A stretch of DNA of 62,755 bases, counting the filler, from Sphacelaria rigidula (lineage: Eukaryota), in NCBI GenBank assembly GCA_964200075.2. It is 9 parts of 9 records of this genome, joined end to end, with 100 filler letters (N's around TTAATTAATTAA, not from the genome) between each part and the next. Parts side by side here need not be neighbours in the genome. Positions count along the whole stretch, not along the records: positions 6,986 to 13,870 come from CAXNAA020017581.1; positions 13,971 to 20,854 come from CAXNAA020017582.1; positions 20,955 to 27,838 come from CAXNAA020017583.1; 6 more parts are not named here. The stretch is one strand, 5' to 3'. This document shows, piece after piece, positions 12,112-24,145 of this stretch. Positions within the stretch are counted from its first letter, which is position 1. Each line of letters starts with the position of its first letter. The notes beneath the pieces are model-generated. The model was not told the origin of the DNA. It saw only the letters and a list, made by a program, of their open reading frames with translations, and did no database searches. The translations under genes were made by a program, and so were the position numbers.

Positions 12112-13600
12112 TGACAAAGAGCAAAAAATGATAAATGAGGACCCTCAGATTGAAATGAACATATGTCGGCCGGATCCCTCAGGTCCGCAATTGGAGATAT
12201 GGCGACAGAAAAGGCCAATGCCAACCGCGTTCAGTGTAGTTACTTCTCTTCAGGCATACTCAGTCTGACCCCTGAGACACGCGGTCAGAGGTTTTCATCC
12301 AGCATACGGGTCCCGAAGAAACGTACTCGTCGCCCGATTCTCGCTACTCCTGTTCTGTGAACTCCCCGCGCTTGAGCATCGGTTATTAGTCATGAATTTT
12401 TCCAAAACCTCGCTTTCTACTATCCATCAAGGTGGAGTTGTTTTTTCCGTCACGTGCTTCTATTTTTTCTCCCGCGCGTGTAGAGCATGGACCTCAGATA
12501 TCATTAACTCGTTGTATGTACTACCGTGGTGCGGTGCCATTATTACCCAAGACTGGAGACTGAATACAGTTGATCCATTCCCGTCAGGGAGTGCCTTCGC
12601 CCCTTGAGCTTCGAAACCCCGTCGGGCCTTATTATATTCAGGCCAGGAGCAGCCCCCCCCTCCGTTGGATACTGTCGAGAAGAGTAAAATCTAGGACAGA
12701 GACCTCATTATTCTGTTTCTCCACCGGTACACACAATTCCATATCGCCGCCACCACCTACGGATTGAGTTTGCGTGAAGAGCTCAAAACGAGGAGTTTTG
12801 GTGCCCTTGGTGTCGAGGAGGGGTATGGGCTCCAGTAGCACTGTGGTTCGAGGTCGGAATCACTAGCATCCACTCTCTCATCATGACATTTGTATGGTAT
12901 TACCTCCATGGCTACCGTATCCCTTGAGTTTAGGGTAGGATCAAACCACTTTCGTTCAGTATGGTATCCACCAACGAATACTGAGGTACGCCTCTTCCCT
13001 CAGAGTCTCGCTCATGATGGGTTTTCCTACATCTGGGGGTTGTGGCTCCTGACCTGCAGTTGGTAGGGCCATTGCAGCAACAATTCGCCTGTTCAGAGCA
13101 TAGCATTTGCTGGAGTATGAGCCTGTAGGCCCATTTTCACTGAAAGAGAGGGGAAATATAGCCGACTCTAGACGGAAATTTAGTGCCGAAGATGACAATT
13201 GTGGAATCGGCGTTCTTTTCACTTGAAACGTTACTACGTGACCCTGATCACCAACCCTGACGATGAAAGGCTTAACATTCCGAACGGTTGATCGCGGTAT
13301 ATATGATCTCAAATCAAACACGAACACATCATTCCTTAAAATCGCAGCGGAAATTACTCCACTCTCGCATTCAACTTATGAATCGGAGAAAATATATTGC
13401 AATGCGTGCCATTATGAGCGAGGTATAATTGCCAGGGTTCGAAAATACAGCGGCGCATGAGAGGAATGTTCCAATGAGTGATGCCGCCATGCATTCCTGT
13501 TATTTTGATATCTGCTCAATATATCGCATCGTTCCGTATTAATACTCGCACGTTTTACGACCCTAAATCTGAACGTATGTCGCAACTCCACTCGTATTAA

Positions 13601-13870
13601 CCCTTTGACCGCTAGAAAAGGTGATGATATGTTGCATCGGCATCATTTACACTCTTGTTCCATCCACTAACGAACGCATGTACACAACGCGTTCCTCAAG
13701 AGCTTATTACACTCGACACTTTCTACGATAGCCCCCCCCGAAAAAGTGCATGGTTTCGGGAGGCAAAATCTTCACGTAAATCGAAACGGGAAAAGCCATG
13801 CTTGGGTTCGTTCTAGCCAACGTCGCCAATATGAGGCGCTTCATGCAGCCTGAACCCGAACATCAGGCGC
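13601..13870 (+). mobile_element. Left end of a piggyBac-like (TTAA) element, truncated by contig end
   Basis: TTAA|CCCTTTGACCGC plus the internal ATCGGCATCA motif shared with the TTAA mini-elements. ~13715-13870 matches the reverse complement of ~32802-32995. Confidence 0.55.
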
Positions 13871-13970
13871 NNNNNNNNNNNNNNNNNNNNNNNNNNNNNN
13901 NNNNNNNNNNNNNNTTAATTAATTAANNNNNNNNNNNNNNNNNNNNNNNNNNNNNNNNNNNNNNNNNNNN
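13871..13970. other. Artificial contig spacer
   Basis: N44-TTAATTAATTAA-N44. Confidence 0.98.
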
Positions 13971-14443
13971 TGGGAGCCAATCGGAGATGGGAAAATCATG
14001 AAGCTATATCGGAACAAAATCGTGAACGGGCTCTTATGTGTTTGATCCCAACCTCACTGTGTTCATAATGAGGTTGCCGTCGTCCCGCAAGAGAGTTCCC
14101 AGAGCTCGGCGCCCCAACCCCCAGCTTCTTCCCTGACTTCTCGTTTGATTTTGCAATAACAGGCTTGAGTACTCCCCGCCTACTGACAGACTTTCCACGC
14201 GCAAGGTCAACACCACGCGTCAGAGGTGGGCGGGTGTTCGACGCCTCAGCGGCCGCTGCGGCCGACAACTCCGGCGGGTCCAGTTCGTTGCGCACGCCTG
14301 TTCAGTGAGCCGGAAGCACCAGGGCCCCGCGTTCTCCACGTGGTGTGACGCCGAGGGTCCCGACCCCGTGGCGCACGAGGTACCCATCTATACCACCGTT
14401 CCTCCCGCCGCTGAAGAGGAGATGTAACATAGACGCGTTGGGA

Positions 14444-14990
14444 TCAAACACATAAGAGCCCGTTCACGATTTTGTTCCGATATAGCTTCATGATTTTCCC
14501 ATCTCCGATTGGCTCCCAAACCAAGACATTACGCCGCGACGCTACAGCAGAAAATGCGGACATCTGCACGGGGGTCCACTCGTAGGAGTCCACATCGGTC
14601 CTTAAGCATCGTTTCAGATCGCCCACAGTCCAATCCGCCTTACGTGAGAACTGCACCTCCATCCCCATCCGTAGGAGCATGTCCCTGCGTTCGCCAGGCA
14701 CAACCTTGGGCTCGCTTTCGGCATTGCTTTCCTCCGCAAGTTCTGACGTTCGATCGTCGATCGTCCGTCTCAGAACCTCTGCATTGACCGCCGCCTTCAA
14801 ATGCGTGACCTCTTCGTCCGACGGATGACGCTCACTGGTTGCTCTGATGAGGGAGTGCCAACAACAGTCGCCAGTAGACGACGTATCCAAGATGTTACAA
14901 GAACTGAGAGAGCACGCATTCAGCGCGTGTAGCTTGCTTGCGAGATCGATTCTCTCATCGATGACGGTGCGTGGCCGACCTCCCCTCCTC
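14444..14990 (-). pseudogene. OTU-like cysteine protease fragment, probably TE-borne
   Basis: CNILDTSSTGDCCWHSL resembles the OTU Cys loop (DGNCLFxxL). YEWTPVQMSAFSAVASRRNVLVW resembles the WGxxxEIxAxxxxxxxxIxV box. No His motif; flanked by rearranged duplicates. Confidence 0.5.
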
Positions 14991-16859
14991 TCTGAACTAC
15001 GTGCCTTGCTTCCCGGGAGTCCTGACCATTCCTCCCGCCGCTGAAGAGATGTGACGTAGACGCGGGGGGATCAAAACATACAGAGCCCGTTCACGAATTT
15101 GTTCCGATATGGCTTCATGATTCTCCCATCTTCAATTGGCTCTCAAACCAAGACATTACTGACAGACTTACCACGCGCGAGGCCCACACCGTGCGTCAGG
15201 AGTGGGCGGGTGTTCGACGCTTCAGCGGCCGCTGCTGCCGATAGCTCCGGCAGGCCCAACGCAATGCGCGCGGCGCCGGTGGGTTGCTTGCATAGGTTGC
15301 AGAAAGGGCGGCGGGAGGAGCAACTGTGTGGGAAAGGGTTGAAGAAGATGTGCTCATAGCATGGGATCGCGGGGAGTGGAGGTGGTGCCGAGAGACGTCG
15401 GGCAAGAGAGCACGAAAAGGCGGTGATGGTGGTGTGGGCTTCAGTGGCAACGACCTCGGCTCAGATGGAGAGCTGGAAGCGGGTAATCCTCTCAAGGATG
15501 CCGCGCCTTTGTTCAAGGAAGGCGAGAAGAAGTTGGACGCTCGCGTGAAGAACATTCTCCCGCTGTGTCAGGATCCTTTCCGCTTTGTGCATGGTTTGCA
15601 CGTCACCTCCAAATTTGTGAGTTCCCAACGTATGTAAGGGTGTGTGTTGTGTGGGTGTGTCGGGAGGGGGGGGGGGTAAGAGACGCTTTCCCTTTTGGTG
15701 CGTGCGCGACGACCGTAATCATACTTGCTGTGGTGCCTTTGTCTGGTCGCTTAGGGTGGGGGATTACGGCGTGTCTTGGCATTTTCTTTTCCGATAAAAA
15801 AGGGGTGGCCAATTTTTTATTTCGTCATCTCCAAGGCCCGCCGCACTTCTGTTCGTAGAAGGCCTCAACTCCAAGTTATAACTAGCGGCGTGTGGATGAA
15901 GAGGTATCGTGGACCACGGTCATGGACAGTGCTGGCAGTACGAAGTGTATATTGTGCAAGTCCTTCTCACGTCGCATTGTACGCAGATGGAACAGATTGT
16001 CTTGCGTTGTTTACATTGCACGTTCCTCGCTTCTCTTCCGTATCTTCCTGTACGAAATACGAACAAAGTCATCAGGACACAGTGCATGCAAAACAGTGCA
16101 GATGTAACAGACGATCTGTACAGTATACAACAGACCAAGTACCGTTTCACAACTGTCACTGCCTTTTTTCCGATCGAAAGGTTGATATTTCGCTTGGGTC
16201 CGTTTCGACAAGAATGAGCGAATTTTGCTGAGATCAATTCCACCGCTCCGTCTTTGCGATCGGAGAAAAGATATGCTGAGACATCCCTCAAGCTCCTCTT
16301 GTTGCCAGGTTGGAAAAGTGATGTGATGGCGGTGCAGTCGTTGTGTCTTGTGCGGGTGCTGACATACACGTGCAACACTCCCAGGTCACGTCAATTTCAA
16401 TTTGTATATGAGGATTTCAGTCCATCTCTTCGCGCTCTCCTCCTGTAGATTGGTTTTTTGGATCCCACTCCGTGGGCCAATGTATGCCGGCTGCCTGTGC
16501 CAATACCATCTCAGTTGTCCGATTGTCCGGTCGTTGACTTGTGGTGCGTCATCCGTCTGCTCAAACGGGGATAATCCCGCACCTTTCCCCACTAAAAAAC
16601 TAAACAGTCGAAAATGGGGGCGGAAGCGGAAGTGTCCCCATTTAAAGAAGCAGGTGATGCATCAAACGTCAACGTCTGCAAAATCGGGTAATTGATGTGG
16701 TTAGCCCACAGGTAGCCGAAAAACATTGCCCAACGGGCAGGGTTCCGAAAGAAACGAACCACGAGAAAAATTAGCGTGGAAGCGGGCTGAAATCGTCAGA
16801 AATGTACTAATCGGCAATGGTTGCCATGAACGGCTGAAAAAGGGACAAGTCTGGCAAAG

Positions 16860-17195
16860 GCGCTTTCTTGGTCCATTTTCGTCATTTTGCGTCCTAGAAG
16901 AGACGCAGGCGGAGTTTGACACCTCGGAAGGACTTGCTGTATTGGTGGAGGCGGCTCCACGACATCTTGGTGTCTTCTGGTGGCCGCATTTTTTAATTTT
17001 GGGCGAAGAAGCACTCTTGTCTTCAGACGTCTTGGACTAAACTGCTAATTTGGCCAAAATAAAAGCCGCGGCCACCGGATAACGCGGAGATATACCGGAA
17101 CCGCGTTAAAGACTATGGGAAGTAATTTCCAGGTGTCAACCTCCGCCTAGCTACCTTCTTGAATGTCAAACGAAGAAGGATTAAAATAAGAAATC
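16860..17195. mobile_element. Diverged fold-back MITE family A
   Basis: AGGCGGAGTTTGACACCTCGGAAGGACTTGC ... GGTGTCAACCTCCGCCTAG inverted pair, homologous to 1223-1703. Confidence 0.6.
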
Positions 17196-17664
17196 CAACA
17201 GGCTTTTTTCCTCTTGGTTGTTACAAGGAGCGGCCTTAGTGCGTTTTCGTCTGTCCTTCGAAAATCAGCAGTAGAATATTTATCTTGTTTTGACCACGGG
17301 TTGGAGACATCGGACTAATGTGCGTAAATAAGAATATCTGCCGATGTCATGGGTCAACCGCATATCTGCCTCTACAAAGCTAGAACGTGTTCATTTAGTC
17401 GGTGGCGCGCGGACCTGAGGTGAAGTACAAACTAGGTGAGATCAGTTGATCAAAAACATGGCGGCGAAAAGTACCACTCCGCACTTGAGTCCATACTTGC
17501 AAACGACCACGCCAGGTACCACCAGTTCACAGATCCGTGCAGACTCCGTACAATGATATCTCGGCTGCCACTGCCACCGGCGGCATAGGGGCGAGTGACG
17601 ACAGTGATAGATTTTTGCCAGTTGCTTGGGTATGTTTCGTGTGCTTCCCGTGGGGGGAAACTTG

Positions 17665-17923
17665 CAAGGCTCCGACTTTAATTCATGATTTGTCTGGAAA
17701 TTACTTGATTTTAGTGTAACTGATTCGTACCGTGCGAATCAATCCTTAGGCTTTGTTTCCAGAGTTGCAACCCAGGGATGAGCACCTCAGACACGTGGAA
17801 AAACCAAGAATTGCGTGGAGACCTTTTTGACCAGCGGTCAACTTTTTTCTTTCTTCCGAGCAATCAATCCTGAAAAATCGTAGATATGGTGATTCGAACC
17901 GGTGATGATTCGTACGTCCCGTG
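17665..17923 (-). mobile_element. hAT-like MITE family B, copy 3 (diverged)
   Basis: Reverse-complement homology to 10825-11082. Both flanks carry GGGAAACTTG. Confidence 0.75.
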
Positions 17924-18815
17924 GCGGGAAACTTGAGCATCATCTGTCATGGTGGGGGTGACCGACGGCGGTGCGTCGTAGGGTGAATACCCGGCTTGCG
18001 TACACCCTCATGGACGTTGCAGGCAGTACAGAGGTGCACGTTGTATACGTCCTGCTTACGTCGCGTTGTCATCAGGGTTAGGAGATTGTCCCGCGCTGTC
18101 TATACTGCATGATGCCGGCTTCTCGATTGGCCTGCTACTTTACGGTGCGAAACACGCACACAGACACCTACAGTAGACACACAACATGCGGACAGCGCAG
18201 ACAAGGCCGACTCTCTGTGCTGCAGAGACGAGGGATCAATTACCGCTTCATGACTCTCGTTTCCAATTTTGGAAGTAAAGTATGGAAAGTCGCCTGGACC
18301 CAAGTCAACAAGATGTACAAAACGAGGTCCACATCAATTCCACCGCTCCATTTTTGCGATCGAAATAACATGTGCCAAGACACGTCCATGTAGGTCGATT
18401 TTTTTTCACGAAATAACTCGTTTTGATGAGGTTTTGGAGACATCTGCCGGAACGCCACCCACATTGTGTCATTTTCCATCTCCATTACCTCTCGCAACTA
18501 TTATACGACCCTTCTCTACAGAGGGAGATATTTCCACGCCGTGAACAATGAAATACACAGTCAAAAAGTGTACAGCGTACAGTATCAACTTTTGCGCCTA
18601 TTGCAACATGCAATAGATTCCATACTGTACGCAGCACATTTTTTTGCACTATAACCTGTCTAGGGTGTTGAAATTTCCAACACTGTCCGCAAGCAGCCAT
18701 CACTTATCAGGGACTTTTGTGACGTGTGATACATGACGTTACATCATATACTCGACCCACGCTGCCCCCGCAGTTGTATAGTCAGCTCTCCATCATACTC
18801 TCGGCGCATACATGA

Positions 18816-19180
18816 GCCGGTCGCCCCGGTGGCTCAGTTGACAACCTCGAAACCTTCTGACGGTTGGGTGGTCAGTTTGCATCTCGTTGCAGTCACACGA
18901 TCTGGGATTTTTTCTCACACCATGCCCAACAGTGGACAACGACTATGTCGTGGGTAGACAATAATTCGACTTCACGGTCGACGAGGGAAAGGGACCGCTG
19001 AATCCCTCTCGCGATAAGTAACAAGGCAAGCGCCGCAGAAGGAAGGTGGATTACTAAATCAAAAGACGGAAAAAAAATCCCGTGTTGGCCTTCCTCCTGG
19101 GAGATCCCGACTGGTGCGCCCACATATACCGAAAGGTGTAGACTGATGCCCAGGATAGATGGGATGGGATGACACACACC
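18816..19180 (+). mobile_element. tRNA-derived SINE, copy 1
   Basis: A-box-like GGTGGCTCAGTTG, degenerate B box, a body shared with 28800 and 44976, and an (AC)n tail. Confidence 0.8.
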
Positions 19181-19205
19181 TACACATGCAAATGTAGCAC
19201 ACGCC

Positions 19206-19711
19206 GGGCGAGTCATTAATCGTCGAAACGAGTGCACTCGTAGTTTTTTTTTCAACACAACGAGCAATGACTCGTGTGCTCGAGTCCTGAACTTTTTTTT
19301 CACAACGAGCAATGACTCGCGTGCTCGGGCCATTTATTGTTATTATATGGAGTAATGATTCATGTGCTCGAGTCATTCATGTTTTTTAGAACGAGAATTG
19401 ACCCGCGTGCCCGAGTCATTCATTTTTGCTCAACAAGCAATGACTCGCGTGCTCGAGTCATTCTTGTATTTACAGCGAGCGATGACTCGTGCCCTTGAGT
19501 CAATATTTTTGCTCACCATGAGCAATGACTCGTGTGCTCGAGTCATCATTTTTTTTTCCCAACGAGCAATGATTCGAGTGCTGGAGTCATTTTTTTTCCC
19601 AACGAGCAATGAGTCGTGTGCTCATCTCATGATTCTTTTTCATGACGAGCAGTGACTCGTATGCTCGAGTCATTCATGTTTCCACAACGAGCAATGATTG
19701 GAGTGCTCGCC
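19206..19711. repeat. Tandem array of ~11 x ~42-bp hairpin units bounded by GGGCGAG inverted ends
   Basis: Unit consensus CAACGAGC-AATGACTCG-TGTGCT-CGAGTCATT plus a T-rich linker. GGGCGAG at 19206 and CTCGCCC ending at 19711. Confidence 0.85.
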
Positions 19712-20854
19712 CTATATATGTACTACTCGAGAGATACTCGCCGCAACATCACTCACTGACCCGGTCCGCGCGACCATATATCCACGCACCACGTGACACC
19801 TCTAAAATTCACCGCAGCTTTGGCCCCCGACCCGTCGCCTTAACTCTCCGCAGGTTTGGACGTGGCGTCCAAACCACTCCAGAATGTATCCCAGCCTTCC
19901 TGCGAAACGGCCGGCAGATACTGGAGGGCACTCGCTGTGGGGGTGAAGTCAATGTCATTGTTAATTTTCGCGTGTATGTCATCGAAGACAGGCTTATGCT
20001 TCTCTTCCGGGATCCCTCGCGCACTCCTATCCCCATCGTACCTGGCCGCGGGGGGGAAGGGCGGGCACGCCGCCGGGGCTGTGCAATCGGAGCCTGCGCC
20101 GCCCCGGGACGCCGCATGACCGGACTTGTGAGCGACATACAAGGTCTCTTCCTTCTTCTGCGGATGAGGTCCGGAGTAGAGAAGCACGCAGGCGATGTCG
20201 CGTTCGGTGCCTTGCAGCCTATGGGGCCACCGGAAGTGCACCAACTCGTCGTGGATATCGTGAGTATCGCCGTCGCCGCGTCTTGGGGGGTATATAGATA
20301 TATCCACACCATTGTAGGCACCGCGAAACCGTGCTCGCGTACTATTTCCGCACCGTGACATGTCACGGCATCCGAGGTTAGGCCCGCATTGCGCTCGTGC
20401 TATGCCGGCGTCCATGTGCGGCTCTTGCAGCAGGTGTACGGGCGCGGAGGAGTCTGGATGATCCCTGCCTCACTGGTTCCGAAATCGCGGCTACTTGCGA
20501 CATATGAAAACACTCGCTGCGGGGACAACTATATACCAACTATGGCTGGTCGTTGACGTTTAATTCTCTGTGTTGACGTATATGTCATCATCGTCGCGAC
20601 TGCCGCGTATAGCCGCTAGGATTCACCGATAGACGTCGACTTCTCGAGTGTGAGGCATATCCCGGCGCCGCGTGCGGCGACTATATATATACTCCGTGTG
20701 CACGACGTCTTCTTCCACTGTCATCCATGTGGCGCGCGGCCGACATTCCTGCTTTCTCGTGTCGTGCGACCGTGAAGAATGTCAGATTAGTTTACTATTG
20801 CTGCGCCTCCTGCATGAACCCCCCCCTCCCCCCAGGCCGACCCCCGATGAGTTT

Positions 20855-20954
20855 NNNNNNNNNNNNNNNNNNNNNNNNNNNNNNNNNNNNNNNNNNNNTT
20901 AATTAATTAANNNNNNNNNNNNNNNNNNNNNNNNNNNNNNNNNNNNNNNNNNNN
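20855..20954. other. Artificial contig spacer
   Basis: N44-TTAATTAATTAA-N44. Confidence 0.98.
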
Positions 20955-23411
20955 ATGGCAGGTATTTCTGTCTGCAGCAGGCGGTTGAATGTATGCTGCA
21001 CCCAGGCATTGTCTTGCGACTTGTCGTCGCTCAATACAACGAACGAGTATACCCAAACGTTGACGTTGACTTAAAAAAAACTGGAACGGGAAACAGCGTA
21101 GTAGAGTCGCAATTCCAATGCTGGGATTGCATCTCATCCTACTCGTCATGCGTATAGCGCTCTTGGAAGTGTGCTACCATGATCACATGTCCATCATCGA
21201 GAGTGGCGATCAACTCATTGAGGGCCGCACGCTGGACCTGTTTCTGTCGCCGATGAGGGAATAGGTGTAGTGCAATAGATCTGACGTCCGCAAAGAATTC
21301 AGCCGTGGAAGCAGTCCTCCACATCACCGCCTGATTCCACCGCGGGAGGTTCGGAGGTGAAGGGTATGGGATATAGACGAGCCTGCAAGGAGTGTTAGTG
21401 TGTTCGTCTTGATGATCAGTGGACTGAATGCAGAGTGATCTTCGTTGTAAAGAAGTCAGTGAGAAAAAGTTGGACCTACCCTTATACGTGTTCACCGTCC
21501 AAAGACCGGAAATGTTGAGCCGTCACGACAGCAGGCTCCAGCTCCGGTTGCTGAAACGGAGCTGAGGGGGGGTGAGCTGTGCGTGCGGATATGTATGGGG
21601 TGAGTAGAGGGCGGATAATCTCCATCAAACGCGGTTTGCGTGGCGCTTATGCGTCGGAGTATATGCTGCGTTCGCATACTATAGTTTGGAGTGTGAACGA
21701 CGCGAGAGAGGATGAGGGGGGAATCATGTACGTGGTGAAACCGACCAGAATTATTGGCAAACTTAGGCTTGTGATTAACAGATTCTGATGTGTGTTTAAT
21801 GACGTTATGGCGGGTCATTCTTGTCCGGCATCAAGGAGCTAAGGGTTGGCTTAATTTGGGAGGCTATCCATCTTTGTTTCCCTTATCAGGTAAATGTCTC
21901 AAACACTGTCGCGCGGCGAATTTCAAACTGAGCGCTTGTGATGGGCTACGATTGTTCCATCGCAGCGGGTGTGTAGCCACGGTACACTCGGGACATGGTT
22001 GTGTTTCGTCGGTTATAGCAAAACAATATTCCGACACACCTTTCTAGAACGTGATTGCGTCCCCGTTCCTGGAGGTTCCCAGGAGTCACCGTCGCCGTTG
22101 TCGTCGTCTGCTCGACGATGCCCCCCCTGCCCCTGCGGTCGCAGAACCTCATGCCCCTTGTCATCGACCGTGACGAACGCCTCCCATTTAATTTTTAGTC
22201 CTTGAACAATCTCTGGTATGTCCTCCACGTCGTGGGGTGACTGTCGATGGCGGGGGCAATCGAAGAAGCGCCGCTGTCGTACGTCGCAGTTCCGGCAATC
22301 CCCCATCACGCATGTGCTCAGGTGTGCTGCGACCTCGTTCCCTCCTCCTGTTCGGTATAGCAGAACCTTGTCACAGAGGAGCTTTTCGCAGAAGTCTCCC
22401 ATGCTGTGGACATCTTTCACGCTCATGGTTGGTAGGAAATGTTTGTATTCGCCGTTGGCGCAGAGGTCACACCGGCACGTGCATGGCGATCCGGGGGTGT
22501 CGCCGCAATGAAGTCGCGGCCACAGCCGCACCAGCGACTTCATGATCAGCTTACCTTTGTAGCAATGCGGACATAGGCAGCATCGCGCTGTCTGCTTCAC
22601 AACATTGAATGGCATAAAGTTCGTGAAGGTAGATCTTGATATGCGATCGGTCTCCACTTTCCCCTCTCGGAACTGTGGGATTGTGGCGCGGACGCAGCGG
22701 AGTGGGGGTAAGAGTCATATCAGTTGGGGTCGAGTGCAGTAGAGTTGACAGAAGACGGCGAAGCACTCCCTCCATTGGGGGATTGGCTATCATGTGATCG
22801 CAGGCCGGGTGCCACCTGCGACAGCATCATCCAGTGCGAAGACTTTCGGGTCGAGGGGCCACGGTATGTCCTATCTCCGTTGACGAGTGAGGTGTCGACA
22901 ATTAGTAGGATAAATACATTTCGCTGAACAACAACTAGTCTTATTGCCGACCATGCTGTAGCACGTTCTGTATATGACAACCTGTTGTATGTTGCGGTCT
23001 GTCGTGGAGCGACGAGCTTACCGCATCTTGCAGGGACTTGCACACGGTCTCGTGTAGTTGCGTCTCTGAACCGAGCAGGAAGCGCACGCCTTGTCTTGGA
23101 CATCTGTCGGGGTGGAGACATTGTAGGGACCGATCTACAGGGGAGCGTCGATGCAGTCCTGGGCTGAGGTCGTGATTTATCCTAGTGTCGCAGGGAGATG
23201 GTTGCGTGTTGTCGTCCATCACATCGGCTATCATCGCCACTGCATTTGGATTCCGGAGGTCGAAACAGTTTCTACGTCGCGGCCGTTTCCCCATCCTGCC
23301 ACAGGCCAAGGGATTGTCCGAAAGAGAGCAATATCGATAACGGAAATGTAAACTGTGTTGCCGGGATCGTCTTGAAGGGCAGCCTGTTTCTGTACTGCCC
23401 GTCGTGTACAT
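20955..23411 (-). pseudogene. Sola2-type transposase relic with two spliceosomal introns (22673-23021, 21331-22039)
   Basis: The spliced frame gives ISRSTFTNFMPF..CCLCPHC..LLC..CVMGDCRNC..IKWEAF, then VAHFQERY...*DEMQSQHW...TTLFP, then VLSDDKSQD. This matches the recalled Sola2 pattern DFxENY/QxExQSxHW/SDDxxHD. Carries a TAG stop at 21139-21141, D->H at the first catalytic position and a frameshift near 21075. Confidence 0.75.
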
Positions 23412-23518
23412 CCCGCACTCGGCCGGAACACGTTCTCATCATATCGCCATTAGGACTCACACTCGCCACTGTGTCGTCATGGACTTTGGGCGCTGATAAC
23501 CATCTATCGTAACTGCAC

Positions 23519-24145
23519 TCACGGTTCAGAGGCGTCTCCAGTAGTCAACGCGCGTTTTCTTCTCGTCGAACATTCGGCGAAGTGACTCCTCTGCAGTGGC
23601 CCGATGGCTTCTGTGAGGGCTCTGTATGGTACCCGACTCCCCGACAATGCTGCGATGAGTACTCGACGAGCATGCGAACCTGCAGTCGAGGCAACAATGG
23701 TAGGATTACACAGCCACTCATTCATCTCCTCCAAGGCCTCGATCGTCGCCAGGTGATCTCCATTTGGTGGCCCATGCTCGTGGACTACACCTTCGCGGTG
23801 GAACGGTCGGAAATACTTGTGGCGAATGAGTTTCTGAATCATCGCATGACGGAGATCAGCGTGTCGTACGTCATCATCATTGCTTCTTCCACGCAAAGTC
23901 TGGACGGCATCGTCGACGGCCTTCAATATCCTCCGCTGATTATCATCGGGCCTAGCACGTCTCCGTCCTTGTGCACCCGTCGACACGGGCTCCGTACTGG
24001 ATGGAGGATGGGCGATTGCAACAATACCAAGGAATTTATACCGGATTGAGTACCGTCGAAATATGTTAAATGGCAGCATCAATATTGTTGGTGAGGGGGG
24101 TGAGGTGAGGGGGGATTTACCTCTACCGGACACTGAACCACTCAT
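23519..24145 (-). pseudogene. Probable 5' coding part of the same element (uncharacterised)
   Basis: 208-aa ORF on the same strand directly upstream of the transposase exons. No motif recognised. Confidence 0.35.

Noticed and set aside
15326-15960. SWIM/ISL2EU-associated ORF remnant
   Set aside because: Coding-like, but the expected CxC...CxH signature is not present, so it cannot be assigned.
19206-19711. CRISPR array
   Set aside because: The linkers are only ~10-14 bp, T-rich and mutually similar. Repeats are degenerate throughout, there are no cas genes, and the context is eukaryotic.
19750-20854. C-terminal continuation of the Sola2 transposase
   Set aside because: It lies on a different contig from the transposase and lacks the expected catalytic motifs.
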